DNA from: an uncultured Planctomycetaceae bacterium
GTDB taxonomy: Bacteria; Planctomycetota; Planctomycetia; Planctomycetales; Planctomycetaceae
Assembly: GCA_963815195.1 (NCBI GenBank)
Contig: CAWFGE010000019.1
Coordinates: 64,001-128,000, forward strand
Reading direction: 5' to 3'
Length of the DNA: 64,000 bases
Below the pieces are notes generated by a model, which did no database searches, had not been told where the DNA came from, and saw only the letters and a program-made list of their open reading frames with translations. The translations under genes were made by a program, and so were the position numbers. Positions 30,796 through 42,587 of this stretch are shown piece after piece; positions within the stretch are counted from its first letter, which is position 1, and each line of letters begins with the position of its first letter.

Positions 30796-33700
30796 CTAAA
30801 ACGCCTCGTACTGCTTCGGGAACCGAATCACCAGCCAGCGGGCCGCGCAGTTCGTAGGCGGCGTGCCATTTGAGTTCCTCAAACACATCCCGGCGTTTTT
30901 TGTAATACCAATAAGTCGGCGCGGAATCGGCGATTTGCTTGTTGAGCAGTTTGAGCGCTTCGCCAGACCGCCCCAACCGCCGAGCCCGGCGAATGTGCAA
31001 CAGCACATAGTCGGTCTCGGTCGTATCCACCCAGCGGCCGAGCTCCGCGAAGTTCTCCTCAAAGGCCTTGTTATGGGCGGCGGGGTCTTTGATCGGATGC
31101 TTCGCAAGAACATCCGGCAGCTCCATGTAACCGAGTGCCCGCCCCTTGCGGTAGAGGGCGTCGATCAACTCCCCGCGCTCCTTCGCATAAACTTTTTGCT
31201 TCCCGGCGGCCTGGGCATCCTCGGGATTAACATGGGGACGATAAACCAGGTCGAGTCGTTTGGGATCGATCTTCGCAATCACCGCATCCGCGGCCTCGAC
31301 GACTTGATCCAAATGCTCCTTTCGATGTTCCGTCAAATCGAGAAAGTGCAACCTCGCAATCAACACCTCGAGATCGCCGGGACGCTCCTTGAGGATTTCC
31401 TGGGACAGCTTTTCAAATTCCTTTTTCGTATCGAACTTCGCCAGCGATTTCAGATAATCCAGCTTGGCTTGCCAAAGCGTTTCTTTTAAGGTCTTTGCGG
31501 ATTTGGGCGAGACCGTTGTTTCAGCTTTCGCTTGTTTGGCAACGGCGGGCTTGGCGTAAGCGATCGGATAACCGCCGGGCCGTTTGCCTTGGCCGAACTC
31601 TAAATCGTTGGTCTGGCCGAAACTCATGGTGCCGGTGAGGATCGTCGCGTCCTCCGGAACTTGACCGAACTCGCCCGCCGGCGGGGAGGCGAGATAGACA
31701 GAAAGTTTTCCACCCCTGGGCAAGAGCCGATTTCCAATGGAATGCTCGCCGCCGATCGCTGCGGCGCACGAAGGATAAAACGACAGCGAGATCGGTTTGG
31801 CCAGCGCGCGTTCCAGAATCACGGCTTTCGTCTCCAACTCTTTCAGCTTCGAAACGTCCTCGTGCCGGAATTGCAGTTGTAATACGTGCCGGCCCTTGCC
31901 GAGTTTGATCGGTTCGGGAAAAACATCGTCCGTCGCAACGAGCCGTTTGTTTTCATCGAAGAGCATCGCCAATTGGGAGCCATACGGGGATTCATAGAGC
32001 AGGCCGTCGGTCCAGGGAGAGCGGATCGTGACCTGGCCCGGCTTGGCTTCTTCGAACTCATACGTCATCAGCAACTCATAGATCGCGCGTCCGCTCGGCA
32101 GCCGATCTTTCTGTTGGCTCAAGGGGCGGATTTCCTTGGATTTTGGAGCGAGCAGCGTTTGGCTCGATGTATAGGAGGCGCGGGGGGCGATGCCCTCATC
32201 CTGGAGCGGCGCGGAAAGATCGATCCGCGCGACCGGGCGGGACGGCGAGAGCGTCAGATGGTCTTCGGAGGAGTCGATGCCGTGGAAGGTCAAAGACCAT
32301 TCGACCTCGGACTCTCCCAAGCTCGACCAGTACTGGGCGAGGCAGACTTCCAACGTCCGCCCGCCGACGATGGGAATGCTTTGGACCGCTTGGTTGCCCG
32401 GCGAAAGCGAGAGAAACTTTCGCTGCGAATGTTCCTCGAACGAAGCCCCATCCACGAGTTGGACCGTGTGCAGCAAAAACCGCTGGCTGTCCGGCTGGTC
32501 CCCCACGAGCTTGAGCGAAACGTCGGCCCACGTGGCTCCCTGCGGCGCGTGCAAAAATCGGCGTTCGATTTGGCCGGGTTTGAAAGACAGGGTCTCGGAA
32601 ACGGACGAAGTCTCCGCCTGCATCGCCCGCAGGACCGTGATGGGCACTTTCGCGATCGGGCCGCGCGACGGATTGGCGGAATCGACGGCCTGGATCTCGG
32701 CGTAATGGGCGCCCGGTTCGAGCCCGGTGGGATCGACTTTGACCTCGAACGATTGGCCGCTGCCCGCGAGATACAGGTTCGAGCCGACGCTCGCCCACGG
32801 GGCGGTGGACCGCAGGCTCAGCCGCATTTCAAAGTCGATGCGTTTTTTTGCAGGCACCTTTTCGTGGAACACCGGTTCCATGTGAATCTGGTGCATGGAC
32901 GGGGCGCTCGTCTCGGTCGGCTCTCTTAAATAAATCCCGCGGTCCTTGCCGCCGACGGCCGTCACTTTGATGCGAACATCCTCGCCGAGATCGCGGGCGT
33001 GTTCGATGAGATACTGAAAGGCTTTATCGACTTGAATCAATCCGCTGCCCTGCGCGAAGCGTTCTTTGGACTCGATCAACTCGGCCGTGTTTTTGAGAGC
33101 CCGCGCGATCCGCGCCGGCGAATAGGCAATCCTTTTGTCTTTGAGCCCGGAGAGCAACAGGGCGATCGCACCGCAGGCGTTGGGGGACGCCATGGACGTG
33201 CCGTTCATCCGCAGGTTGCGGGTGCGGGTGTAGTTGGGCACCGGGGCGACGGCTCCGCCGGGCGCGAAGAGATCGACGCCCAAGTCGCCGTCCGTGGTGG
33301 GGCCGCGCAAACTCCAGGTATAAGGCATCCCCAACAACGGTTCGCGCAGGGTGTAGGCGTTGGCCATCATCGCCGGCGAGATATAGGCCCCGATTCCGAG
33401 AAGCGACGAGGTCGTTCCGCCCGGCGCACCGACGGTGGAAAGAGCCGGGCCTTCGTTCCCGGCGCTCGCGACAAAGATCACGCCATGCCGATCGACGACC
33501 TCGGAAAATTGCTCCACAAGCCGGCCGTGGTTGGGATAGGAAGTGGGTTCGCCGTAGCTCATGTTGATGAGGTCGCATTGGTGATCGAGCACCGCGCGGA
33601 GTCCGCGCATCAGGGCCGGCCCGGTCTCCATGCCGCCCAATCGCGAGTGCCCGATCTTGATGGAGACGATCTGCGCCCGGGAGCAATCCCGTTGAGTTCG

Positions 33701-34578
33701 GGCTGCGAAGGAAGATTCGCCGCGACGATGCCCGCGACGTGCGTCCCATGCGAACCGCTGGGGGTCACGAGCGACAAGCGGGCACCGCCATCGGAGATGT
33801 TGATGGAAAAATTCAGCCGTTCTTGAAAGGGAAACGACGCATACTGCCGGTCCACGCGATAGTTTGCGAGCAGCGTTTCCTCGCGGAGGTCGCCGTCTTC
33901 GTCGGTATCGACGACGCCGCGCCACTGCGTCCCATCATGGAACACGACGCAATCGTATATCGGGCCGGGGTCGTCGATGTTCTTGACGGTCTGCAACTGT
34001 TCGAGTCGCGTTTCCAGCTCTTTTTTGGATTTGGTCGTCTTGCTATTCGCGATTTTCCGCCGGAGGTCTTCTTCGATCTTGGCGTTTTGTTTGAGGTACT
34101 CTTTGTTGCGGGCCGACTTGAGTTGGGAGACCAGTTCGGGCGGGAAAAAGTCGTATCCGCGCTTCCAACCGAGCCGATAGGTCGCCTTGGGGTTCTGCCA
34201 CTGGGGGTCGAGTTTCAGCGTGCGGCCGGTGAGCCCGGTGAGCGAATTGTCTTTGGCTTTTAAGGGGGCTTCGAGTTCGACGTCGCCGTCGCCCGTGCCG
34301 TCGATCAGGTCGAGGATTTTCGGCTGGCCGTCTGGTGTGGACTTGAGGCCGACGGCTCCCGGATCGACGCCGGTATCAAAGATGGCCACGACGACGCCCC
34401 GCCCATCATACTCCGGATGCTGTTTGAGAAACTTGAGAGCACCGATTTCTTGTTTGGGCAATAAGCCCGCGTGGGAGAAGGCCGATGCTGCCTCGGGCGG
34501 CGTTTGGGCCCACGCCGATTGCCAGGAAATCCAAGACAGGCCCACGCTCCAAATGAAAAAAACTTGCTTAGTCCACAC
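30796..34578 (-). CDS. Tripeptidyl-peptidase II-like S8 protease, split by two frameshifts (near 33677 and 30850)
   Basis: LLPKQEIGA..FL..HPEYDGRGVVVAIFDTGVDPG, HGTHVAGI, SAGNEGPALSTVGAPGG, NGTSMASPNACG, C-terminal W...W....FP..Y..F. Start uncertain; GTG 34578 gives a signal-like peptide. Confidence 0.87.
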
Positions 34579-34878
34579 GATGAGGATTCCCGGATGAAAT
34601 ACACAGACTTTGATCGATGAACCGTAACGGCTCCATCGATTGTTAAGGATCACAACCAAAACTGCCAGCGGAAGCTGTCGCGCAAACAGGACAGGAAGTT
34701 TGCAAGCCTACACTCCAAAACACCGTCCTGGCCGGCGAATAGAAAAAAAACGCCCCGCCGAGGATGCCCGGCGAGAGAAATGGGAAAACTCCAATCGCGT
34801 TATTTTGGGTTGCGACGTATAATTGGGTTGGTTGAAAAGTCCCGTTTCTCTGGTTCGGAACCGCAGAAGGGATGAAAC

Positions 34879-35088
34879 ATGGCGATTTGGCATGTTTTGT
34901 TGTACACAGTGGCGACTGGACTCGCCTTGCGTTCGCTGGCGTCGCTGATGGCGCACCACAAGCAAAACTACGAGCGAATGCGGCGAAAGCGGCTTCAAAA
35001 ACCCGCAGGGCCTGGCTCGCCCCTGGAAAAGCCCGCGCAGGACGCCCCCAGTCCAGAGGCCGCCCGCCGCAAACCCACGGCGGCGTGA
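34879..35088 (+). CDS. Small hypothetical membrane-anchored protein
   Basis: 69 aa, GAAGGGA RBS, hydrophobic N-terminus and basic tail. Confidence 0.55.
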   Translation: MAIWHVLLYTVATGLALRSLASLMAHHKQNYERMRRKRLQKPAGPGSPLEKPAQDAPSPEAARRKPTAA

Positions 35089-35309
35089 CGTCGGCCCTCG
35101 GCGATGGATTTCTCCGTCCCGGCGATTTTTTCGCGGGCCGCGTTGAGAGGAACGCACTCGCCTTCTAAAATTGCGGTTTGGCAACGAAGACCTTTTCGTC
35201 CCAGAAACTGGAAAAAGAGCCGCGCACGCAGTCAGCGGACTCCGCGCAAATCCGCTGACGGCGTGCGCGGCTCTGCAGGCGACACACTTGGCGTTTGGAT
35301 CAGGCCGTT

Positions 35310-36787
35310 ATGACAGACACCGGCAAAGCCCCCCACAATTTTAAGCTCTACATCGAAACCGTCGGCTGCCAGATGAATATGCTGGACAGCGAACTCGTCG
35401 TGGGGGCATCCGCAAACACGGCTACGAGCTGACCCAAGACGTCCGCGAAGCCGACACGGTCCTGTTCAACACCTGCAGCGTCCGCGAACATGCCGAGCAC
35501 AAAATCTACAGCCAACTGGGCCGTTTGAAGCACAGCAAAAAAGGCCGGCCGCAGCAGGTCATCGGCGTCATGGGCTGCATGGCTCAGAAAGATCAAGAGC
35601 TGATATTCGACCGGGCCCCGCATGTCGACATGGTGGTGGGCACCGGCCAGTTGGCGGAGATTCCCGCATTGATCGACCAGGCCCGCGCCCATCGCAACCG
35701 GGAAGTCGCCGTCAGTTTGGGCCGGCGGGACGGCTCGCGGGTGGAAGTCTCGGCGAGCTTTCAAAGCTACGATCCCCTCCGCGAGCCGGAAATGCGGCCT
35801 TCGCCTTTCCAGGCCTTCGTGCGGATTATGATCGGCTGCGACAAGTTCTGCACGTACTGCGTCGTGCCCATGACCCGCGGCCCCGAGCAAAGCCGGGCTC
35901 CCAGCGAAATCGCCCGCGAGGTCGAAGTGCTCGCCGGGCAAGGCGTGAAGGAAGTCACGCTGTTGGGCCAGACGGTCAACAGCTACAAGCACACCGAAAA
36001 CGGCCGGCGGTATCGGCTCTCCGATCTCTTGGAAAAAATCCACGACACGGCGGGCATCTTGCGGCTGAAGTTCGTCACCAACTATCCCAAGGACATGACG
36101 ACCGATCTCTTGGAAGCGATCCGCGATCTGCCCAAGTGCAGCCATTACTTGCACGTGCCGCTGCAGTCGGGCTGCGACCGCGTGCTTGAGGTAATGAAGC
36201 GGGGCTATACGGTCGCGGATTACCGCGAGATGATGCACCGCATCGAAGAGATCACGCCCGGCCATGCGGTGTCCAGCGATTTTATCGTGGGACATCCCGG
36301 CGAGACGGAGGAATCCTACCAGAAAAGCCTGGACGCGATTCGCGAATGGCGGTTCAAGAACAGTTTTATCTTCAAATACAGTCCCCGGCCCGGCACCAAG
36401 GCTTACGAGCTTCTGGCGGACGAGATTCCCGAAGATGTGAAGCGCCGGCGGAACGTGGAGATGCTGGAGCTTCAAAACGAGATCAGCGAGGAAGACAACG
36501 CGGCATTCATCGGCGAGACGGTGGACGTTTTGGTGGAAGGCCCCAGCAAAGCCACGGTGAAAGCCGAGGTTCGCGGCGACACGGCGGAGAATTCCACCGA
36601 CCCGAAAGCGCAATTGGTGGGCCGGACCCGCTGCGATCGGATCGTGGTCTTCGACGGCAACCGCCGGCTCGCGGGCAGCATGGCCCGGATCGCGATCCAC
36701 GATTGCACAGCGACCACGCTCGTCGGGTCGATCGTCACCCGCGAATACCAGCACGGCAGCTCGGAGCTTCTGCCGATTTTGCAGTAA
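35310..36787 (+). CDS. miaB: tRNA-2-methylthio-N6-dimethylallyladenosine synthase MiaB, frameshift in the G-run at 35402-35406
   Basis: YIETVGCQMNMLDSE from ATG 35310, then FNTCSVREHAE, GCMAQ, GCDKFCTYCVVP radical-SAM motif, C-terminal TRAM-like domain. Confidence 0.92.
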
Positions 36788-37240
36788 CTACCCGTTGCGC
36801 TGCAGGTTGATTTCGCTGATCTGGCCGTTCAAGGTCCAAAGGTCATACAGCCAGCCGATGCCGACCAGTCCTCCGGTACAAAGGTAAATCAGGCCGGTGA
36901 CCCATTTCCCCATGTAGAACCGGTGGACGCCGAACATTCCCAGGAACGTCAGCAGAATCCAGGCGACGTTGTAATCGATCGGCCCCGCTGCGTATTCCAC
37001 GTCGGCCTCGCGGTCCATGCCCGGGATCAGGACCAGGTCGATCAGCCAGCCGATGCCCAACAGTCCCGCGGTGAAGAACCAGATCGTTCCGGTGATCTGC
37101 TTCCCGAAGTAGAACCGATGGGCTCCCATGAAACCGAAGATCCACAGGACGTAGCCCATCACCGCCGAGTGCGAATCGTGCGGATGCACGGCGGGGGACG
37201 CTCCGGCCGATCCCTGATGGCTTGTGTTCGCGCGTGTCAT
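36788..37240 (-). CDS. TM2 domain-containing membrane protein
   Basis: Two GxHRFYxGK..TG.....T.G..GIGW..D repeats. Confidence 0.9.
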   Translation of the reverse strand: MTRANTSHQGSAGASPAVHPHDSHSAVMGYVLWIFGFMGAHRFYFGKQITGTIWFFTAGLLGIGWLIDLVLIPGMDREADVEYAAGPIDYNVAWILLTFLGMFGVHRFYMGKWVTGLIYLCTGGLVGIGWLYDLWTLNGQISEINLQRNG

Positions 37241-37530
37241 AATGCATTGCCGGCGGGGAACCGGCTCCTCCTTTCCTGTTCTCAGCCCCAGGGGAAAAGG
37301 CTTCCCCGCGTGTTCGAGGAATCCAAGACAAGACGGTGCAATGTTCATGCCAAGCCCCGACGGGTGGTTATCCCCAACCGGTATTGGCGGCTGAGCTTTC
37401 AGGCTGGCAGAACAGCGAACAATTACCGGTTCTTCCACCAATTGGGGGGAACGGCGCGAAAGCACCGCGCCAGGCGGTTCGTCACGGAAGATGTTCGCCG
37501 TGCGCCGAGGTCACAAACGACGTCGCCGGC

Positions 37531-38649
37531 TTATGTCTGCGTGAGGTCGTACAGCCAGGCTCCGAGCATGCCGGTGAGAATCGGCGACGCCCAGGCCGCG
37601 AGGTCGGCGGGGATCCAATTCACGCGGCCGCAGTAGAGAAACGCCTGCGTCAATGCGTAAATCCCTCCCAGCACGCCCGCGCAAATGGCCATGTTCGTGA
37701 CCAGGCCCCGGCTCTCCTTGCGGAGAACGATCGGCACCGCGATGAATACGCAGAGCACGTTGGCGATCGGCGTCACCAGCCGCTCGTGCAAGTGCATGAT
37801 CTGCCCCTTCACCGACGCCGTGCCGTAGGCGGGATTGCGAATCCGCCGAATCAACTCCGGCGTGCCCACGTACTGGTAGCTTTTGTTCCGATCGCTCAGT
37901 TGATCGAAGCTGACGTCCGTGACGACGAACACATCACGCGGATCGGGCATCGGCTTCACGATCCGCTGCCCCACGGTCGTGAGCGCCAACTCGGAGAAAT
38001 GCGGCGTCACATTGTGCAAATGCCAGCCCGCCGGCCGGTCTTTTGTCTTCTTGTGGTAGGTGGCTTCCTTCGCGTTGAGCGTCGTCAGATCCACGGCGAC
38101 TTCTGGGACGGGCAGCACGAAATTGGCCCCCTCCAACCGCTGGTCTTCCAAAAACAGCTCCGTGCCGTCGATGCGGATGTGGCTGCGGTAATCGTAGATC
38201 GGCTCGACATCTTTGCCGGCTTCGTTCGGCTCGGTGCGGTCCGCCTGCAAGACATAGGCAATTCGGGGGATGACGTATTCCTGATTGAACACGATCAACC
38301 CGTTGACGAGCATGGTTCCGATCACAAACGGCCGCACGAGCCGGAACGTGGGAATCCCCGCGGCCAGGATCGGGGCGATCTCGCAGTTCTTCTGCAAGAG
38401 GCCGAATACGACAATCACCGACACCACCGAGACAATCGCACCGAGCATCTCGAAGAAGGGGCTGAAATGGTAGGCGTAATAGGTCGCCATCGCCTGCATG
38501 ACGATCAGCGGATCGTCTGAGACCTCCTGGTATTCATCGATGTTGGTGAACCCGTCGATCACCACATACAGGCCGTACAAACTCACCAGCAGGATCAAGA
38601 ACACATGCAGGTAGCGACGCAGCAGGTAGCGGTCGAATGTGCTGAGCAT
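37531..38649 (-). CDS. LptF/LptG family permease
   Basis: M.STFDRYLLR, E...ILAAGIP..RL..P, 3+3 TM layout, AAW.P C-terminus. Confidence 0.88.
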   Translation of the reverse strand: MLSTFDRYLLRRYLHVFLILLVSLYGLYVVIDGFTNIDEYQEVSDDPLIVMQAMATYYAYHFSPFFEMLGAIVSVVSVIVVFGLLQKNCEIAPILAAGIPTFRLVRPFVIGTMLVNGLIVFNQEYVIPRIAYVLQADRTEPNEAGKDVEPIYDYRSHIRIDGTELFLEDQRLEGANFVLPVPEVAVDLTTLNAKEATYHKKTKDRPAGWHLHNVTPHFSELALTTVGQRIVKPMPDPRDVFVVTDVSFDQLSDRNKSYQYVGTPELIRRIRNPAYGTASVKGQIMHLHERLVTPIANVLCVFIAVPIVLRKESRGLVTNMAICAGVLGGIYALTQAFLYCGRVNWIPADLAAWASPILTGMLGAWLYDLTQT

Positions 38650-38943
38650 AAGCCGGCCGTTCCGGGGGAAATCGGAGAAGGGGAGATCGGGAGAAGGGGA
38701 GATCGGGAGACGATCCGAAACCTTCCCGTCTTGCCCTGCAAAATCGCGCGGCGGATTACAAGCCAATTCGCGGCAAGGGTCAAGGCCAGATTGGAAGCTG
38801 CGGAGACTGGGCCAAATTGTGAAACCCGTCGCCAACCGGGGCGGTCGGAGTTTGACGCGGTGTGAGGCGTTCTCTATGCTCCAAGGCAGAGACAAATCCC
38901 CCCTTTGGCGTATCGTCCCCCATCACGGAGCGCAGCAACGGTC

Positions 38944-40608
38944 ATGGAACAGGTACAGAAATCTTCGCGCCGGCGTTGGATCGGCTTGCTGGTCATTGTG
39001 GCGGTCTGGGTGATTGGGGGCGTCCTCCAAGCGGTGCTTTGGGACCACTTCGCCGACAACCGCACCACGCAAGTGATGAGCGTGTACATCATCGTCCCCA
39101 CCGCGGTGTTTTGCACGCTCGTGTGGTTTACGTTTTTTTCGGGGCTTCGCGTCGTCACCAAACTCGCGACGTTCGGTTTCCTTGGGCTCTGCGGCCTGGC
39201 CTTTGTCGGAGCGTTTCGCTTTCAGGGGTTTGACGGCGATTTCGTTCCGCGATTCACCCCGCGCTGGAAAATGACGGCGGAGGAAAAATTCCTCGCGGCC
39301 CGCCGGGCCGAAGCGGAATACGAAGGCGATCCCCCGATTCTGGAAAATGCGGACAAACCGCTTGCGATCCAACCGGGCGATTGGCCGCAGTTTCGCGGTC
39401 CCGAAGGCAACGGCGCGGTGACGGGCGTCCCATTGAAAACCGACTGGGAAGACGGGCCGCCAGCTTCGGTGTGGCGAAAGCGCGTGGGGCCGGCCTGGTC
39501 GTCGTTTGCGGTCGTCGACGGCCTGGTGTTTACACAAATGCAGATCGGCGAGAACGAGAGCGTCGTCTGCTGCGACCTGGAAACCGGCAAGGAAGTCTGG
39601 GTGCACAAAGACGAAGGCGTCCGATTTGAAGAAGCGCGGGCCGGCGTCGGTCCGATGGGCACGCCGACGTTTTACCAAGGCCGGCTTTATACATTGGGGG
39701 CCACGGGCATTCTCAATTGTCTCGATCCCAAAACCGGCCAGAAGTTCTGGTCCACGAACATCCTCAAAGATGCCCATGCCGAGAACCTCACCTGGGGGAT
39801 GGCCGGTTCGCCGTTCGCTTATGAGGGGAAGATCATCGTGAACCCCGGCAGCGACGGCGAACACGACAGTTCCGTTGCCGCGTACGATTGGGAGACCGGC
39901 AAAAAACTCTGGTCAGGCGGCCGAAACCCCGCGAGTTATAGCACGCCGGTCGTGGCGACGGTCGACGGCGTCGAGCAGGTTCTGATGTTCGACGGCCTGG
40001 GATTGACCGGGCACAGCCTTCAGGATGGCTCGCCGCTTTGGCACAAGGAGTGGAAGAACATGCACAATATCAACGTGGCGAAACCCATCCTGCGGGACGA
40101 TGGCGCGATCTTCATCAGCACGAGCTACGGCGAGGGCAGCGCGCTTTTGCGCGTCGCCCGCGATGAAGCCGGCAAGTGGAAGAAGCCCGAAGAGACCGAT
40201 TGGAAAACCAATCGCACGTTCAAGCTCAAATTCGGCGACGCCGTCGTCCAGGACGGTTTGATGTACGGGCTGAGCGAAGGCATTCTGACCTGCCTGGATC
40301 TCAAGACCGGCAAAATCGTTTGGCGGGAACGCGGGGACTTTGGGTTCGGGCAGCTCATTCTCGTTGACGGCGTGCTGGTCATCCTTTCGGAGGAAGGCGA
40401 AGTCGTGCTGATCGAAGCCTCCAAGAAACATCCGGAACTGCTTAGATTCCAGGCCATCCAAGGCAAAACCTGGGGACACCCCGCGTATGCCCACGGCCGG
40501 CTTTTGGTGCGGAACGCAGAAGAAATGGCCTGCTACGATTTGCGTCCCGCGAAATCGGCCTCCGCGGAGGACGCCGCCCTGCCCGCCCAAGAAGAGCGGG
40601 CGAATTAG
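38944..40608 (+). CDS. Membrane-anchored PQQ-binding-like beta-propeller protein
   Basis: Three N-terminal TM helices, DWPQFRGP, repeated D.ETG...W blades, SYSTP, TWGHP. Confidence 0.88.
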   Translation: MEQVQKSSRRRWIGLLVIVAVWVIGGVLQAVLWDHFADNRTTQVMSVYIIVPTAVFCTLVWFTFFSGLRVVTKLATFGFLGLCGLAFVGAFRFQGFDGDFVPRFTPRWKMTAEEKFLAARRAEAEYEGDPPILENADKPLAIQPGDWPQFRGPEGNGAVTGVPLKTDWEDGPPASVWRKRVGPAWSSFAVVDGLVFTQMQIGENESVVCCDLETGKEVWVHKDEGVRFEEARAGVGPMGTPTFYQGRLYTLGATGILNCLDPKTGQKFWSTNILKDAHAENLTWGMAGSPFAYEGKIIVNPGSDGEHDSSVAAYDWETGKKLWSGGRNPASYSTPVVATVDGVEQVLMFDGLGLTGHSLQDGSPLWHKEWKNMHNINVAKPILRDDGAIFISTSYGEGSALLRVARDEAGKWKKPEETDWKTNRTFKLKFGDAVVQDGLMYGLSEGILTCLDLKTGKIVWRERGDFGFGQLILVDGVLVILSEEGEVVLIEASKKHPELLRFQAIQGKTWGHPAYAHGRLLVRNAEEMACYDLRPAKSASAEDAALPAQEERAN

Positions 40609-40733
40609 GCCTCCGGTTTGCACGATCGTGACGGGAATGGCGGCGGCCTGGAGAGATGTGAAGTCGGTTGCTCTCGGCAAACGATAGTCAGGGATAAAGG
40701 TTTTCTTTATCTGCAAACTTTCGCCAGACGCCG

Positions 40734-42353
40734 ATGGCCGCACCGCTCGCAAAAACCTTCCAAACCCTCACCACCACCGCCAATCCGTTTGCGGGGGAGG
40801 TGCTCGTGGCGGCGCTCGATGTTCCCCTCCCGAGCATTCAACGGGAAGCGGTCAAATCGCTGGTCAGCCGGGGCGCGGTCCGGGAACAGATGGAGGCCAT
40901 TCGCCGGTATCGAGAATTCCCCGCCGCGGTCCGCCGGGAGTTGGAAGAATCCGCCCAATCGCTCGTTCCCGCCCTGCGCCACAGCCTGTTGGTCGGCCGC
41001 GGCGAATTGGAGCGGGCCGCCTTGGAACTCACCCGCGCGGGAGAAGCCTACGGCGTCATCGAGGACTTGCTGGGCGTGCTTCGCGGGGCGAATGCGGAGC
41101 TTCAAACCGAAGCGGTCGAAACGCTCCGCCATCTGGTGAACCGGTTGTATGGGCATCTGCACGGGCACCAGACATCGGAATCGGCCAGTCTGAGGAACGC
41201 GTCCCAGATCCAGCATTTGACATTGACGGCCTTGGTCGAGGCCTGCCAATACTTTCACGAATTGGCATACCCGGAGGGCGTCGTCGAATCCATTCTGGCT
41301 TTGGGAGGGCCGGGCCACGCCGCTTCGCAAAACGTCCTCAGCCAAGGCAGCGTGGAGTGCCGATCGCTCGCGCGGGAACTCCTGCAAACGAGCCGGCATC
41401 CGGGCGTGATGCGGTTTCTGTTGGATTCGTTCTCGCGGACGTTTCTGCCCCCGAAAGTCGTCGATAGCGTCCAGACCCGCACCGATCCGGAGTTTATCCT
41501 GGCGACGCTGCGGTGGATGCCCAAACGCTTATCGGCGACGCAAGAGCGGAACCTCCGGCAAATCGAGCACATTGCCTGGCTGACCGGGCGCGAAGAGGCC
41601 CTCGAACTCATCCCCGAAGAATTGCAGACGGCGTTGCTGCGGTTCATCGCGGCCACCGGCCTGGACCGGGATCTCAAGACGGCGGTGCGGGAATGGATCG
41701 TCCGCCACGGCTGCCCGGAAGCCCGCAACGAAGCCATCGCGGTCTTGGACGAACTGGACAACGAGACGGTGCAAGAGATCGTGCTGGACGGGTTGGATTC
41801 CGATGATCCCAGCGTCCAGGCCTGGGCCACGGGGCAACTCCGCCCGCAGCACGTTCCCGATGCGCTCAACAAACTGATCGCCCGGCTGGACAGCCCCGAG
41901 GCGTCCGTGCAGGCCGTCGCCCGCCAGGAATTGCAGGGCTTCGATCTGGAATGCCTCCTGTCGCGGTTTGAGGAAATGTCGCCGGAAGCCCGCGCGAACG
42001 CCGGGGCTTTGCTCAAGAAAATCAATCCCAATTATCTTTCCGACCTGACCCACGAGCTAGAGCATCCCATCCGCCGGCATCGCCTGCGGGCCGTGCGCGG
42101 CGCGTTGGCCTTTGGCTGGCATTTGCAGATGTTTCCGTCGCTGTTCCCGTTAATCAACGATGAGGACACGGTCATTCGTCGGGCGGCGATCGAGGTGCTC
42201 GGACACATTCCCGCTCCGGAAAGCATCGCGGCCCTCGTTGCCTTAAAAAACGATCCCAGCGTACGCGTCCGCGAATCCGTCAAGCGCGCCCTCGCCAACA
42301 TCCGCACTCAGGAACTGCTCGACGTGCCCTTGGAGTCCCTGCGCTCGTCCTGA
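40734..42353 (+). CDS. HEAT repeat domain protein
   Basis: Helical repeats LDSDDPSVQAWA, LDSPEASVQAVA, DEDTVIRRAAIEVLG, DPSVRVRESV. Confidence 0.82.
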   Translation: MAAPLAKTFQTLTTTANPFAGEVLVAALDVPLPSIQREAVKSLVSRGAVREQMEAIRRYREFPAAVRRELEESAQSLVPALRHSLLVGRGELERAALELTRAGEAYGVIEDLLGVLRGANAELQTEAVETLRHLVNRLYGHLHGHQTSESASLRNASQIQHLTLTALVEACQYFHELAYPEGVVESILALGGPGHAASQNVLSQGSVECRSLARELLQTSRHPGVMRFLLDSFSRTFLPPKVVDSVQTRTDPEFILATLRWMPKRLSATQERNLRQIEHIAWLTGREEALELIPEELQTALLRFIAATGLDRDLKTAVREWIVRHGCPEARNEAIAVLDELDNETVQEIVLDGLDSDDPSVQAWATGQLRPQHVPDALNKLIARLDSPEASVQAVARQELQGFDLECLLSRFEEMSPEARANAGALLKKINPNYLSDLTHELEHPIRRHRLRAVRGALAFGWHLQMFPSLFPLINDEDTVIRRAAIEVLGHIPAPESIAALVALKNDPSVRVRESVKRALANIRTQELLDVPLESLRSS

Positions 42354-42368
42354 AATCCACCGGTCGAA

Positions 42369-42515
42369 AAATCCGAATCTCGAAAGTCGAAACAAAATCC
42401 AATGACTGAGATCTCAACCTCCAAACCCTGCGAACCAGGTGGATTTCATCAATCTGCGATTCGAGGGATTTATTTGAGACATTCGGATCTGGAATTATGG
42501 ATTTGCTTCGGATTT
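42369..42515. repeat. AT-rich imperfect palindrome built of AAATCCG/CGAAA-like short units
   Basis: Left AAATCCGAATCTCGAAAGTCGAAACAAAATCC versus right GGATTTATTTGAG..TTCGGATCT..GGATTTGCTTCGGATTT. A similar left arm occurs at about 63644-63670. Confidence 0.45.
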
Positions 42516-42587
42516 GCACCAGAGAACGCGCAGAGTTGCGCACGCTGATTTCACCGCCGACATACGATTCCGTCGTGAGGACTCCCC

